NCBI GenBank assembly: GCA_028706255.1
Contig: JAQWBS010000005.1
Coordinates: forward strand, 35,673 to 99,672
Length of the DNA: 64,000 nucleotides
Direction of reading: 5' to 3'
Origin: Alphaproteobacteria bacterium
GTDB taxonomy: Bacteria; Pseudomonadota; Alphaproteobacteria; RF32; CAG-239
Part shown: positions 1 through 10,293 of the stretch, piece after piece
How the letters are laid out: the number at the start of each line of letters is the position of its first letter
Position numbering within the stretch: position 1 is the stretch's first letter
Notes under the pieces: generated by a model
Database searches by the model: none
The model's input: only the letters and a program-made list of their open reading frames with translations
What the model was told of the DNA's origin: nothing
Program-made: the position numbers and the translations under genes

Positions 1-125
1 GGGCAAGACCGCATTATGTTTTAGACATTGATGAACAAGACTTTGCAATTGAAATGCTAAAGCTTCTGGATAAGCTTCTCCCTTTCCCAAAACCTAAAAA
101 GAAAAAAGTTAAAGTAATAGATTAA
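1..125 (+). CDS. 3' end of a CDS that starts upstream of the window (…LDKLLPFPKPKKKKVKVID*); product unknown
   Basis: Open frame from the window edge to TAA at 123-125; lysine-rich tail; no family recognised. Confidence 0.3.
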   Translation, partial: ARPHYVLDIDEQDFAIEMLKLLDKLLPFPKPKKKKVKVID

Positions 126-233
126 GTCTTTTGCTTTGATTGGATTGCCACGCTTCGCTCGCAATGACAGCACTCAATTGTCATATTCGGGTTGTTTTTT
201 TTTTTAGTCATATTCGGGCTTGACCCGAATATC
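126..233 (-). repeat. Composite palindromic repeat: GTCATTGCGAGCGAAGCGTGGCAATCCAATCAAAG core plus an ATATTCGGG-N5-CCCGAATAT hairpin with GTCATATTCGGG half-sites; inverted copy of the element at 19797-19913
   Basis: Direct comparison: 126-168 is the reverse complement of the 19474/19859 core; 180-233 is the reverse complement of 19797-19852. Confidence 0.75.
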
Positions 234-238
234 CATAT

Positions 239-1618
239 TTAATATTTCCCTTGGTAAGCATCTTTTTCGGCATCTTTGATTCTGTTTTCAAGGTCGGCAA
301 TTTTGAGGGAAAGGGCGGGGGTTGGATTTCCTTTCTTTGCCATATCAAGTTGTTTGTTTGCGGCATCAAATTGTCCTAAACGTAAGCTAGATTCTGCAGA
401 AGCATAATTTGCTTCCGTCATTTTCCCCCGCATTGCATAAGTTCTTGCGAGCAGTAGCCAAGCTTCATAAGTTGGTTGCACAATGACAACTTTGTTCAAA
501 TTTCTTTCTGTTTCAATAAGTTCCGCTTGTGTCGGCTCATCTTCCAACGTTGCTTGGGCTAAACTAACCATAAACAAATTAGAAGTTGGTAACAGGCTTA
601 AAGCCTTTTTATATTCTGTCTTAGCTTGTTTCACATTGCCTGTTTCAAGATAAATTTGAGCTTTCAATTCGTGAAAAAACGGATTGTTGGGTTCAAGCGA
701 AATGAGTTCATCAATCAATGCAATGGCTTTCTTCTTTTGCATAATCCGATAATTAACAATAGCAAGCGCATATTTCTCAACAATGGTTTGTCCTTTGCCA
801 TAAGCTGCGAAAACCATTTCAGGAGGATAAATAAAAGCATAAAGCTTGGCTTTAACACGGCGAAATTCCTCGGTTTGAGTCACTTGTTTGTAAGGTGAGT
901 TTTGCGTGGCTTCCTCAATGAAAGAAATCCTTTCTTTGGTCACAGGGTGCGTTCTGAAATATGGTGTTTCGCTAACGCCAGTGGCTAAATTTTCTTGCTC
1001 AATTTTTTTCATAAAATTACGCATGCCCTGAGGTGAAATCTGATTGTCGTTCAACAAGCGAACACCTGCTTCGTCAGCACTTCTTTCTTCTTGAACACGA
1101 TAATTGAGATAGTTGTTCATCATTGAGCTTTGAGAGCCAAGCATTAATGCCATACCAACATCACCACGACCACTGGCAATAGCGGCCGCTCCTGCAACCA
1201 GCATTGAAGCTAAACCAGCCTCACTTAATTGTTGAGCTTTCAATTTACCTCGTAAGATATGTCCACCTTGAATATGTCCAATTTCATGGGCAATCACGCC
1301 ACGAAGTTCATCATCGCTACCGGCTCTAACAATAGTCCCCGTGTTGATGAAAAGCAAATTACCGTCCGCCACGAAAGCGTTCAAACTTTCGTCAGAGAGA
1401 ATATAGACATTATTACGATTAAAAGGAATGTTTGCACTGCGAAACAGTGGAACACTTAGCTTTTGAATGAAGCTTTCCGTTTCTTCATCATAGATAATGG
1501 TTTGGGCTTGCAAATTACCAACAAGCAAAAAACTTGCAAGCAGAATAAAACTGCTCACAAGCTTTTTGTTGATTTTTCTGAAGAGGGGGCTTAGCCTCCG
1601 ATAAGTTTTCTCCACCAA
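239..1618 (-). CDS. bepA: M48-family zinc metalloprotease with C-terminal TPR repeats (BepA/YfgC-like periplasmic protease)
   Basis: Signal-peptide-like N-terminus; HEIGH zinc motif (VIAHEIGHIQGGH); TPR-like C-terminal half; the annotated start overlaps the rne stop by about 28 nt, so the true start may be downstream or a non-ATG codon. Confidence 0.75.
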   Translation of the reverse strand: MVEKTYRRLSPLFRKINKKLVSSFILLASFLLVGNLQAQTIIYDEETESFIQKLSVPLFRSANIPFNRNNVYILSDESLNAFVADGNLLFINTGTIVRAGSDDELRGVIAHEIGHIQGGHILRGKLKAQQLSEAGLASMLVAGAAAIASGRGDVGMALMLGSQSSMMNNYLNYRVQEERSADEAGVRLLNDNQISPQGMRNFMKKIEQENLATGVSETPYFRTHPVTKERISFIEEATQNSPYKQVTQTEEFRRVKAKLYAFIYPPEMVFAAYGKGQTIVEKYALAIVNYRIMQKKKAIALIDELISLEPNNPFFHELKAQIYLETGNVKQAKTEYKKALSLLPTSNLFMVSLAQATLEDEPTQAELIETERNLNKVVIVQPTYEAWLLLARTYAMRGKMTEANYASAESSLRLGQFDAANKQLDMAKKGNPTPALSLKIADLENRIKDAEKDAYQGKY

Positions 1619-3975
1619 GTAGATTTTCCTTTCTTCTCTTTTTTCTCATTTCCGTTGCCAGATTCTTCGTTACGACGCTCTTCATAACGATTGCCATTTT
1701 CACGGTTTTCAAAACGACGACGGTTATTATATCTGTTCTTACGGCGATGATTATTGTTATTGTTATTGCGATTGCCGTTATTGTTGTTTTGTCTGTCGTC
1801 AGAAGATTTATCGTTATTTTCTTCCCAATAAATTTCTTCTTGTTTTTCAGGCTCATTAACTGTTTCAGTTGCTTCAGCCTTTTCTTCAACATCATTGCCG
1901 TTGCTTTTGGTTCTTTCAATTTTAAGACCAGCCACGTTTTTGATGCTGTCATCAGCACTAATGATAATGGTCATGTTATATTTATTTTCCAAGGCAACCA
2001 AAACTTCTCTTTTATTATTGAGAATATAAATGGCGATGTTGCTTGGAATGTAAACGTTAACTGAACTAAAACGGTTTTTGATGCCTTCGGCTTCAATTTC
2101 ACGCAAAACAGAGATTGCACTAGATTCAACAGTGCGGATGATGCCTTTGCCTAAACAGTGTGGACAAGGCTCATAACTTGTTTCAAAGAAAGACGGGTGC
2201 ATTCTTTGACGAGAAATTTCAATCAACCCAAAAATGCTCATCTTACCAACTTGAACACGGGAACGATCTTTTTTCAAAGCTTCTTTGATGCGTCGTTCAA
2301 CAGCTTGGTTATTTGCATTTTCATCCATATCAATAAAGTCGACTACAACCAAACCAGCAAGGTTACGCAAACGCAATTGACGAGCAATTTCATCAGCCGC
2401 TTCCAAATTGGTTTTAAGTGCTGTTTCTTCCAAGTCTTTCTCACGAGTTGAACGCCCAGAGTTGACATCAATTGCCACCAAAGCTTCTGTTGGGTTAATC
2501 ACCAAATAGCCACCAGATTCCAATTGAACAGTAGTGTCGTGCAGTTTTTCAAGCTGTCCTTCAACTTGAAAACGTTGGAAAAGAGGAATGTCGTTTTCAC
2601 GGCAAGTCTTAATTTTCTTCAAGCTTTGTGGCGAAAGAATTTTAATAAATTCACGAGCCAATTGATAGGCTTTTGCACCATCAACAATCACTTCTGAAAC
2701 ATCTTTGGTGTACATATCACGTAAAGAGCGTTTAATGAGGTTTGCTTCTTCATAAATGAGCGTTGGGGCTTTGCTCTTCAAAGAATCGTGTCTGATTTGA
2801 TTCCATGTTCTCATCAAGTAGTTATAGTCACGGCAAATGTCTTCTTTGCTCTTTTCTTCGCCCGCAGTTCTGACAATCATAGACATATCAGAAGTTAGCG
2901 GAAGCTCTTTCAAAATATTTTTAAGTCTTTTTCTGTCGTTGCCGTTAGTAATTTTGCGAGAAACGCCACCACTTTTAATGCGGTTAGGCATCAAAACGCA
3001 ATATCTGCCAGCAAGAGAAAGATAAGTGCTAAGTGCAGCGCCTTTGTTGCCTCTTTCTTCTTTCACAACTTGAACAACAACAATTTGTCCTTCTTTGATG
3101 ACTTCTTGAATTTTTTTACGATGGAAAAGTTTACGAGAAATCATTAGTTTTCTCAAAACTTCATCGTTAAAGCCTTGTTCCTCATCATCATCGTCATCTT
3201 CATCATCGTCAAATTCGTCTTCTTCATTGTCACGAGAGAATTTTTTACGAGAAGATTTGTATGGTTCATCTTCAGAAATTTTTTCTTCTTCAGTTCCCGT
3301 TGCTTCAGCGGAGACTTTTACTTTGTCGCCACTTGGTCTTCTGCGGTTTTTGTGATTTTTCTTCATCAAACGGCGAGATTTGTTTTTTTGTTGCTCGTCA
3401 TCAGAAGCTTCGTCAGGGGTTTCTTCTGAAGGTTCAGTGGAAGTTTTTTCAGAATCTGTTTCAGAGCTAGTTGTGGAACTTTCTTCTGTTTCACACACAG
3501 TTTCTGCTTGGGCTTCTGTTTGAGTTTCTTGAGAAACTTCTTCAGAAGATTCTTCATTTTTTTCTGCTTCGGTTTTTTGAGCTTCTAGCTTTTTTTGTTC
3601 TTCAATTGCACGAGCGGATTCTCTTTCTTCACGAGCTTTTTCTCGTTGCAATTCTTTTTCTTTGAGGGCTTGTTTTTTGCCTTCAATAAATTCATCAACT
3701 TCTTTTTCAACTTCAGCCAACTCTGTGTCTGAAACATTGTAATAGTCTGGGTGAATTTCACCAAAAGCCAAGAAGCCATGCTTATTGCCACCATAATCAA
3801 CGAAGGCAGCTTGCAGGGAAGGTTCAACACGAACAACTTTTGCTAAATAAACATTTCCTTTAATTTGTTTTCTAAAACTTGATTCAAATTCAACATCTTC
3901 AAGTTTGTTTCCATTTACGACAACAACCCTTGTTTCTTCAGGGTGTGTGTCATCGATGAGCATTCTTTTTGTCAT
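1591..3975 (-). CDS. rne: Ribonuclease E
   Basis: N-terminal S1/catalytic domain (MTKRMLIDDTHPEE…, RNase E/G core motifs); large acidic Glu/Asp/Ser-rich insertion typical of alphaproteobacterial RNase E; Asn/Arg-rich C-tail; ATG at 3975 chosen by N-terminal conservation (ORF-track start is 9 codons upstream). Confidence 0.9.
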   Translation of the reverse strand: MTKRMLIDDTHPEETRVVVVNGNKLEDVEFESSFRKQIKGNVYLAKVVRVEPSLQAAFVDYGGNKHGFLAFGEIHPDYYNVSDTELAEVEKEVDEFIEGKKQALKEKELQREKAREERESARAIEEQKKLEAQKTEAEKNEESSEEVSQETQTEAQAETVCETEESSTTSSETDSEKTSTEPSEETPDEASDDEQQKNKSRRLMKKNHKNRRRPSGDKVKVSAEATGTEEEKISEDEPYKSSRKKFSRDNEEDEFDDDEDDDDDEEQGFNDEVLRKLMISRKLFHRKKIQEVIKEGQIVVVQVVKEERGNKGAALSTYLSLAGRYCVLMPNRIKSGGVSRKITNGNDRKRLKNILKELPLTSDMSMIVRTAGEEKSKEDICRDYNYLMRTWNQIRHDSLKSKAPTLIYEEANLIKRSLRDMYTKDVSEVIVDGAKAYQLAREFIKILSPQSLKKIKTCRENDIPLFQRFQVEGQLEKLHDTTVQLESGGYLVINPTEALVAIDVNSGRSTREKDLEETALKTNLEAADEIARQLRLRNLAGLVVVDFIDMDENANNQAVERRIKEALKKDRSRVQVGKMSIFGLIEISRQRMHPSFFETSYEPCPHCLGKGIIRTVESSAISVLREIEAEGIKNRFSSVNVYIPSNIAIYILNNKREVLVALENKYNMTIIISADDSIKNVAGLKIERTKSNGNDVEEKAEATETVNEPEKQEEIYWEENNDKSSDDRQNNNNGNRNNNNNNHRRKNRYNNRRRFENRENGNRYEERRNEESGNGNEKKEKKGKSTWWRKLIGG

Positions 3976-4002
3976 AATTATTAAATTAACTCCGCAACAC
4001 AT

Positions 4003-4519
4003 ATAGCTGTGATTAAACAGCCAAAATTTATCTTAAAATGTTGTTTGAGAATCGAAAAAAGGGAGCTACACCAAACAGACCTTTGCCTTAAGAGGGGCAA
4101 AAGAAGTGTCGCTTTTAAAAAACTGCAAAGATTTATATCTATATTTTCAATTTATCTCTGCAAAATTTCAATTTTTTTGAACATTCATTCCTTGTTATTG
4201 CTTATTACGATGTTCAAAAGATAAAACTCAATCAACAAAAACTTTTCATTTCAACTATGTGATAATATTCAGTCGCTATGAAAGAATATGGTATCAACAA
4301 TTAAATCCACCTAAAAAACAAATGATATAATAGAATTTAACGCCAATATTTTTTAATTCACATAATCTAACAATAAAATATACAAAGATAATTAAAATTA
4401 CAACATTAATTTTGGTTATCTGAAAAAAATATTTTTTTTAACGCATTGGTAATAACTATTTTATATAACTTAAGTAAGTAGTGAATTTTGCATTTTAACG
4501 GACTAGAGCGACCCCAACA
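4003..4519. promoter_or_regulatory. AT-rich 517-bp divergent intergenic region: probable long rne 5' leader plus the amiC promoter
   Basis: Long non-coding gap between divergent rne and amiC; contains the hairpin CTTTGCC-N8-GGCAAAG (4080-4101); RNase E genes typically carry long autoregulatory leaders. Confidence 0.3.
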
Positions 4520-5761
4520 ATGAAAAATGTTTTTCAAAAATTAAGAAACATGCTGAGAACTTTAAGCTTTTTGTTACCGTTTTGTTGTCTTGCGACAAGC
4601 GAAGCTTTAGCTTATGATGTTTCAGATATTCGCATTGGGCAAGGGGTTGGAAGCATTCGCATCGTTTTTGATTCTTCCAAAAAATTTGATTATAAAGTTT
4701 TCTTGCTGGATGGTCCGAAAAGACTTGTGGTTGATATTTATGGAGCGACAGTTAATCCACGCATTGAAAAAGAAGTGACTGATAGTGATTTTGTGGAAAA
4801 CTTAAGAGTTGGGACAAAAATGGGGGATTCAACCCGCATTGTGTTTGACTTGAAAAAAAGTTCTATCATTAAAAAAGCTTTTGTTTTACCTCCTCAAAGC
4901 AGTTTTGATTGGCGTTTTGTGGTGGATATTTCTTTGGCTTCTGACCGTCAATATGCACAGAGCGTGGGAGCTGATAAGGCTTTCAGTAGCAGTGACACCA
5001 TTCAAGATTATTCCGACCGTGCAACAGCAACTTCAAGCTATTCTGCACCGAAATCTTCAGGAAATAAGAAAAGAATTATCGTCTTAGACCCTGGGCATGG
5101 TGGAAAAGACCCTGGGGCAATTGGTTATTCAGGCGTTTATGAAAAAAACATCACCTTGGCTATGGCGAAAGAATTAAAAGCACTTTTAGATAGAGATTCT
5201 CGTTATAAAGTTTATTTAACCAGAAATCGTGATGTGTTTATCTCTCTTCGTGATAGGGTAAAAATTTCTCGAAATCATGATGCAGATTTGTTTATCTCTA
5301 TTCATGCAGATAGTGCAAGAAATAGAAATGCAGTCGGACTTTCTGTTTACACTTTGTCTGAAGTGGCATCGGATAAGGAAGCAGAAGCTCTGGCTGACCG
5401 TGAAAATAAGGCAGATATCATTGCTGGGTTGAATCTTGTGGAACATTCTAAAGAAGTTTCAGACATTCTCATCAACTTGGCACAAAGAGAAACGATGAAC
5501 CGTTCATCTGAATTTGCTTCTTTTATGGTGGTTGAGATGAGAAAAGTTGCGAAAATTTTATCTAACACACATCGTTTTGCTGGGTTTGCGGTTTTAAAAG
5601 CGCCTGATGTGCCTTCTGTTTTGTTGGAAATGGGTTATCTTTCTAATAGAACCGAGGAAAGACTTTTGAAACAACCGTCATATCGTAAAAAATTGGCAAC
5701 AGCCACGAAAAAGGCAATTGATAAATATTTCGAAAATATGCAGCAAGCTTCTGTATTTTAA
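4520..5761 (+). CDS. amiC: N-acetylmuramoyl-L-alanine amidase with N-terminal AMIN domain (AmiC-like)
   Basis: Signal peptide; AMIN-like N-domain; Amidase_3 motifs (LDPGHGGKDPGAIG, …SIHADS…). Confidence 0.85.
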   Translation: MKNVFQKLRNMLRTLSFLLPFCCLATSEALAYDVSDIRIGQGVGSIRIVFDSSKKFDYKVFLLDGPKRLVVDIYGATVNPRIEKEVTDSDFVENLRVGTKMGDSTRIVFDLKKSSIIKKAFVLPPQSSFDWRFVVDISLASDRQYAQSVGADKAFSSSDTIQDYSDRATATSSYSAPKSSGNKKRIIVLDPGHGGKDPGAIGYSGVYEKNITLAMAKELKALLDRDSRYKVYLTRNRDVFISLRDRVKISRNHDADLFISIHADSARNRNAVGLSVYTLSEVASDKEAEALADRENKADIIAGLNLVEHSKEVSDILINLAQRETMNRSSEFASFMVVEMRKVAKILSNTHRFAGFAVLKAPDVPSVLLEMGYLSNRTEERLLKQPSYRKKLATATKKAIDKYFENMQQASVF

Positions 5762-5870
5762 TAAAATTAAAAATTATCCATATATTGCAATATTTTACTG
5801 TTAAAATAGAATAAATTGTTATAAATTGTGGGTTCAGTTTATTATAATCAAATTTAGCTCGGATATATTA

Positions 5871-8342
5871 ATGCTTAAAACGTTATCTTCTTTGTTCAGT
5901 ACCCTATGTTTCTTTGCGGTTATCACCATTGTGGTTGTAATTTCAACTTTGTGGAAGTTTTCTGAAGGACTTCCCGAATTTCATCAATTGGCGAAATATG
6001 AACCGCCAGTTACGACCAGATTCTATGCTGGTGACGGTCAGCTTTTGATGGAATATGCCAACGAAAAGAGAATTTTCGTGCCAGAAAATAAAATTCCGAC
6101 AATGGTTAAAAATGCATTCATTGCCACAGAAGATCAAAGATTCTACTCTCATATTGGTGTTGACCCTGTGGGGTTAACGCGTGCTTTGTTGGGAAATCTT
6201 AAAAATATTGGTCAAGGACGTCGACCAGCAGGAGCTTCAACGATTACGCAACAAGTGGCAAAAAACTTTTTGCTTTCTTCTGAGCTTTCATATTCTCGTA
6301 AGATTAAAGAAATGTTGCTCTCCCTCAAAATTGAAAGAGCCTTTTCAAAAGAACATATTTTAGAGCTTTATTTAAATGAAATTTATTTAGGAAATCGCTC
6401 TTATGGTGTGGCTGCAGCAGCACTTAATTATTTTGGGAAATCGCTTGATGAATTGGACTTGGAAGAAGTTGCTTACTTAGCAGCTTTGCCAAAAGGACCA
6501 AATAATTACAATCCAAAAACAAAATATAACGCAGCAATTGCACGTCGTAATGCTGTTTTAACACGTATGATTGAAGAAAGTTATATTGAAGCGGAAGAAG
6601 GCGAACTAGCCAAGCAAAAACCGCTTGTGACCATTCAAAGAAGCAATGAATTTGTCAAAGATGCTGACTATTTCAGTGAAGAAGTTAGAAGAGTGACCAA
6701 AAATAATTTTGGGGAAGAAGCACTCTATGAGGGCGGACTTTTGGTGAGAACGACCTTAGACCCTGAATTGCAATCTATTGCCACCAAGGCTTTCAAAGAT
6801 AATATTAGAAATTATGATTTAAGACATGGTTATCGTGGTCCAATTCAAAATATTGAACTCAAAGATGACTATATGGATGTGTTCAAAAAAATTGCTAAGC
6901 CAGATGGCGCAGATGCAACTTGGCAAAAGGCGCTTGTGTTGAATGTGACCGCAAATGCTGCGGAAATTGAAACAATTGAGGGTGGAAAAGGGACAATTCC
7001 TTTGTCTGTCTTAACATGGGCAAAGAAAAGACTTCCAAAACAAGCTGTTGGTTCTGCACCAACAAACGTAACCTCTGTTTTAGCAAAAGGGGATGTGATT
7101 TTGGTTGAGAAAGCTTCTCCAACTAAGAAATTGGCTGAAAATGCTTATGAACTTCGCCAAGTTCCCGATGCTGAGGGCGGAATGATTGTGATGGATCCAC
7201 ACACGGGTAAGGTTTTGGCAATGGTTGGGGGCTATTCTTTTAATAAGTCACAATTCAATCGTGCGGTTCAGGCTCGTCGTCAGACAGGTTCTGCATTCAA
7301 ACCTGTGGTTTATTTGACGGCACTTGAAAATGGCTATGCACCAAATGATTTGATTTTAGATGCACCTTTCGTGCTTGACCAAGGCCCTGGGTTGCCAAAA
7401 TGGAAACCTGTGAACTATTCTAAGAAATTTTATGGCTTGATGACGTTGCGTCAAGGGGTTGAGAAATCAAGAAACTTAATGACCGTTCGTTTGGCTCAAG
7501 ATATTGGTATGGATAAAGTGGCTGAAACAACCAGAGTTCTCGGCATTAATAATAATTTGCCAAAATATCTTTCAATGTCTTTAGGGGCTTCTGATGCGCG
7601 TTTGGTGGATATGACCAATGCTTATTCAAGTTTTGTGAATGGAGGAAAGAAAGTTGTGCCATATTTTGTGGAAAGAGTGCAAGACCGTCAAGGAAACACC
7701 ATTTTCAAGCATGACACTAGAGTATGTGAAAATTGCAATGCTGAGGCTTGGGACGGCACGCAACAAATTCCAGAACTCCAAGACATCAGAGAGCAAATTA
7801 TTGATCCATTGAGTGCTTACCAAATGACATATATTTTGGAAGGCGTGGCAACCAGAGGAACAGGGGCAAGATTAAGACAGATTAATAAGCACTTGGCAGG
7901 CAAAACAGGAACGACGAATGAAAATAAAGATGGTTGGTTTATTGGTTTTTCACCAGACTTAGTGGTGGGCATTTTTGTTGGCTTTGATGAACCTAGAACT
8001 TTAGGGCGTGTTGAAACTGGGGCAGCTGTGGCTTTGCCAGTGTTCTTTGAATTTATGAAAGAAGCTTTGAAACATCAACCTGATATGCCATTTCGTACAC
8101 CTTCTGGCATTAAGTTTATGAGAATTAATTATAACACTGGAAAACCAGCGACGCCGTTTGACAAAGAAGTGATTTCTGAAGCCTTGAAGCCTGAAGATGC
8201 TTCTCAAAAGGTCATTAGCGGGGGCGAGGAAAAAGCAGGTGATGTCACAGAAGGTGAAGAAAACACCGAGGCAGGTACAGATGAAAAAGTAGATTTTTCA
8301 TCAGATGAAGGCGATGCTTTCCAATTGGGAACAGAATATTAA
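5871..8342 (+). CDS. mrcA: Penicillin-binding protein 1A (bifunctional transglycosylase/transpeptidase)
   Basis: N-terminal TM anchor; glycosyltransferase motifs (EDQRFYSH, RKxxE); transpeptidase SxxK and KTGT motifs; start at ATG 5871 preferred over the ORF-track start at 5826. Confidence 0.85.
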   Translation: MLKTLSSLFSTLCFFAVITIVVVISTLWKFSEGLPEFHQLAKYEPPVTTRFYAGDGQLLMEYANEKRIFVPENKIPTMVKNAFIATEDQRFYSHIGVDPVGLTRALLGNLKNIGQGRRPAGASTITQQVAKNFLLSSELSYSRKIKEMLLSLKIERAFSKEHILELYLNEIYLGNRSYGVAAAALNYFGKSLDELDLEEVAYLAALPKGPNNYNPKTKYNAAIARRNAVLTRMIEESYIEAEEGELAKQKPLVTIQRSNEFVKDADYFSEEVRRVTKNNFGEEALYEGGLLVRTTLDPELQSIATKAFKDNIRNYDLRHGYRGPIQNIELKDDYMDVFKKIAKPDGADATWQKALVLNVTANAAEIETIEGGKGTIPLSVLTWAKKRLPKQAVGSAPTNVTSVLAKGDVILVEKASPTKKLAENAYELRQVPDAEGGMIVMDPHTGKVLAMVGGYSFNKSQFNRAVQARRQTGSAFKPVVYLTALENGYAPNDLILDAPFVLDQGPGLPKWKPVNYSKKFYGLMTLRQGVEKSRNLMTVRLAQDIGMDKVAETTRVLGINNNLPKYLSMSLGASDARLVDMTNAYSSFVNGGKKVVPYFVERVQDRQGNTIFKHDTRVCENCNAEAWDGTQQIPELQDIREQIIDPLSAYQMTYILEGVATRGTGARLRQINKHLAGKTGTTNENKDGWFIGFSPDLVVGIFVGFDEPRTLGRVETGAAVALPVFFEFMKEALKHQPDMPFRTPSGIKFMRINYNTGKPATPFDKEVISEALKPEDASQKVISGGEEKAGDVTEGEENTEAGTDEKVDFSSDEGDAFQLGTEY

Positions 8343-8354
8343 GAGAGTTAAGAA

Positions 8355-9450
8355 ATGAATATTGAAATTGCAAATGCCATAGAAGAAATTAAAACCTCAT
8401 TAGAGCTTATTCGGAGGTCTCTTTGACTATGATAATGCACTTATTCGTCTTGATGAATTAAACGCTCTTTCTCAAGATTCTAACTTATGGAATGATGCTG
8501 AAAAAGCTCAAAAGTTGATGAGTGAGAAAAACACTCTGGAAACAGCCTTGGCGGATTATGACGACATGAGCCAAGCGGTTGTTGACCTTGCTGAGCTTGC
8601 AGAAATTGCTGATGAAGATGATAACGAAATGTTGCAAGATATTGTGGCACAAGTTGAACATCTGAAAACGGAAGCAAAAAGAAAAGAACTTGAAGCGTTG
8701 CTTTCAGGGGAAGTTGATGCCAATGATGCCTTTTTAGAAGTGCATGCTGGAAGTGGTGGCACAGAGGCGCAAGATTGGACACAAATGTTGCTCAGAATGT
8801 ATGCTCGTTGGGCAGAATCACATAAATATAAAGTGGAATATCTTGAAGAAACCGAAGGGGATGTTGCGGGTATCAAATCTGTCACCATTAAAATTGCTGG
8901 CAAAAATGCTTATGGCTGGTTGAAGTCTGAAACAGGGGTTCATCGATTGGTGAGAATTTCTCCTTTTGATAGTTCAGCAAGAAGACACACGAGTTTTGCT
9001 TCGGTTGGGGTTTACCCTGTGATTGATGATGAAATCAAAATTGAAATCAAAGAAAGTGATTGCAGAATTGACACTTACAGAGCCAGCGGGGCAGGTGGAC
9101 AGCACGTTAACAAAACTGATTCAGCAATTAGAATTACGCATATTCCAACAGGAATTGTGGTGCAATGTCAAAATGACCGCTCCCAATTTAAAAACCGTGA
9201 TGCCGCATGGAAAATGTTGAAAGCCCGTCTTTATGAACTAGAACTTCAAAAAAGAGAAGCGGAAGCACAAGGCTTGAGAGATTCTCAGACAGACATTGGC
9301 TGGGGACATCAAATTCGTTCCTATGTTTTGCAACCTTATAAGCTTATCAAAGACTTACGCACTGAAGTTGAAACCTCAGATTCAAAAAGTGTGCTTGATG
9401 GCGAAATTGATTTGTTCTTAGAAGCTTATCTGTCACACAAGGTTGGGTAA
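8355..9450 (+). CDS. prfB: Peptide chain release factor 2, expressed through a programmed +1 ribosomal frameshift at CTT TGA C (8421-8427)
   Basis: Frame 0 ATG at 8355 runs 23 codons to an in-frame TGA at 8424-8426; it is preceded by an SD-like GGAGG and the CTT slippery codon; the +1 frame continues ([17 protein letters not shown]…) into the 311-aa RF2 ORF with its GGQ motif. Confidence 0.9.
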
Positions 9451-9453
9451 GCG

Positions 9454-10287
9454 ATGAAAAATAGATTTTGTAAGACTATATTTAAATTAATTCTTCTTTT
9501 TGTAACGGTCTATGCTGTGCTTTGTTTTGCGATTTATTTATTTCCTGAGCTTTTTGTAAATCATCCAAGCGACAAAGTTTCAGACATTGAGAAAGCTCGT
9601 GAAAAGGGTTATCCCGCAGAATTGATGTCTTATAAAGCAAAAGATGGCACAAAACTTTATGGTTGGTACACCAAAGGCACAAATGGAAAAGCAATCTTGT
9701 TTGCTCATGGCAATGCAATGAATTTAGAGCGGTTTTATCATAAACTTATTCCATTAGCGAATGCTGGCTATGCAACTTTTTTGCCTGAATATCGTGGTTA
9801 CGGTGGGATAAAAGGAAAGATTAATAGTCATAACCTAACTTTAGACACGATTGCAGGACTGGAAGAGCTTTATAAATTGGGCTATAAAAATGAAGATATC
9901 ATCATTTATGGAATGTCTTTAGGCTCTCATATGGCAACTGCAACGGCTTACTATATGAAAAAAAATGGCAAATTTGATGCACTTGTGTTGGAAGTTCCAT
10001 TTGATAATTTGCCGAATACGGCAAAAAATGTGATTCCTTTTTATATGCCTTTTGACTTTTTGATGAAAGATAAATATGATAGTTTATCGCTTATTTCTGA
10101 AGTGGATACCAGAGTTTTGATTATGGCGGCTGAGAAAGATGTGATTGTGCCAAACCAAAGAGCTAAAGCGCTTTATCAGGCGGCTGCTGAACCAAAAAAC
10201 TTTATTTTATATGAAAATGGCAAACATAGTTATCTTTATGCGAAAGCAAACTATAAAGATATGTTGAAATGGTTGAGTCTGAGATAG
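9454..10287 (+). CDS. Alpha/beta-fold hydrolase (serine hydrolase, membrane-anchored)
   Basis: N-terminal TM helix; GxSxG nucleophile elbow (GMSLGSH); later Asp/His positions consistent with the fold. Confidence 0.65.
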   Translation: MKNRFCKTIFKLILLFVTVYAVLCFAIYLFPELFVNHPSDKVSDIEKAREKGYPAELMSYKAKDGTKLYGWYTKGTNGKAILFAHGNAMNLERFYHKLIPLANAGYATFLPEYRGYGGIKGKINSHNLTLDTIAGLEELYKLGYKNEDIIIYGMSLGSHMATATAYYMKKNGKFDALVLEVPFDNLPNTAKNVIPFYMPFDFLMKDKYDSLSLISEVDTRVLIMAAEKDVIVPNQRAKALYQAAAEPKNFILYENGKHSYLYAKANYKDMLKWLSLR

Positions 10288-10293
10288 TTAGAA

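Noticed and set aside
1515-2064. ORFs 1515-1958 (-) and 1747-2064 (+) inside rne
   Set aside because: They are alternative-frame or antisense reading frames through the repetitive Asn/Arg/Glu-rich coding DNA of RNase E. Their composition is low-complexity and they overlap a well-supported gene.
8480-8903. Minus-strand ORFs over prfB
   Set aside because: They are antisense to RF2. The prfB reading is confirmed by the frameshift site and the GGQ motif.
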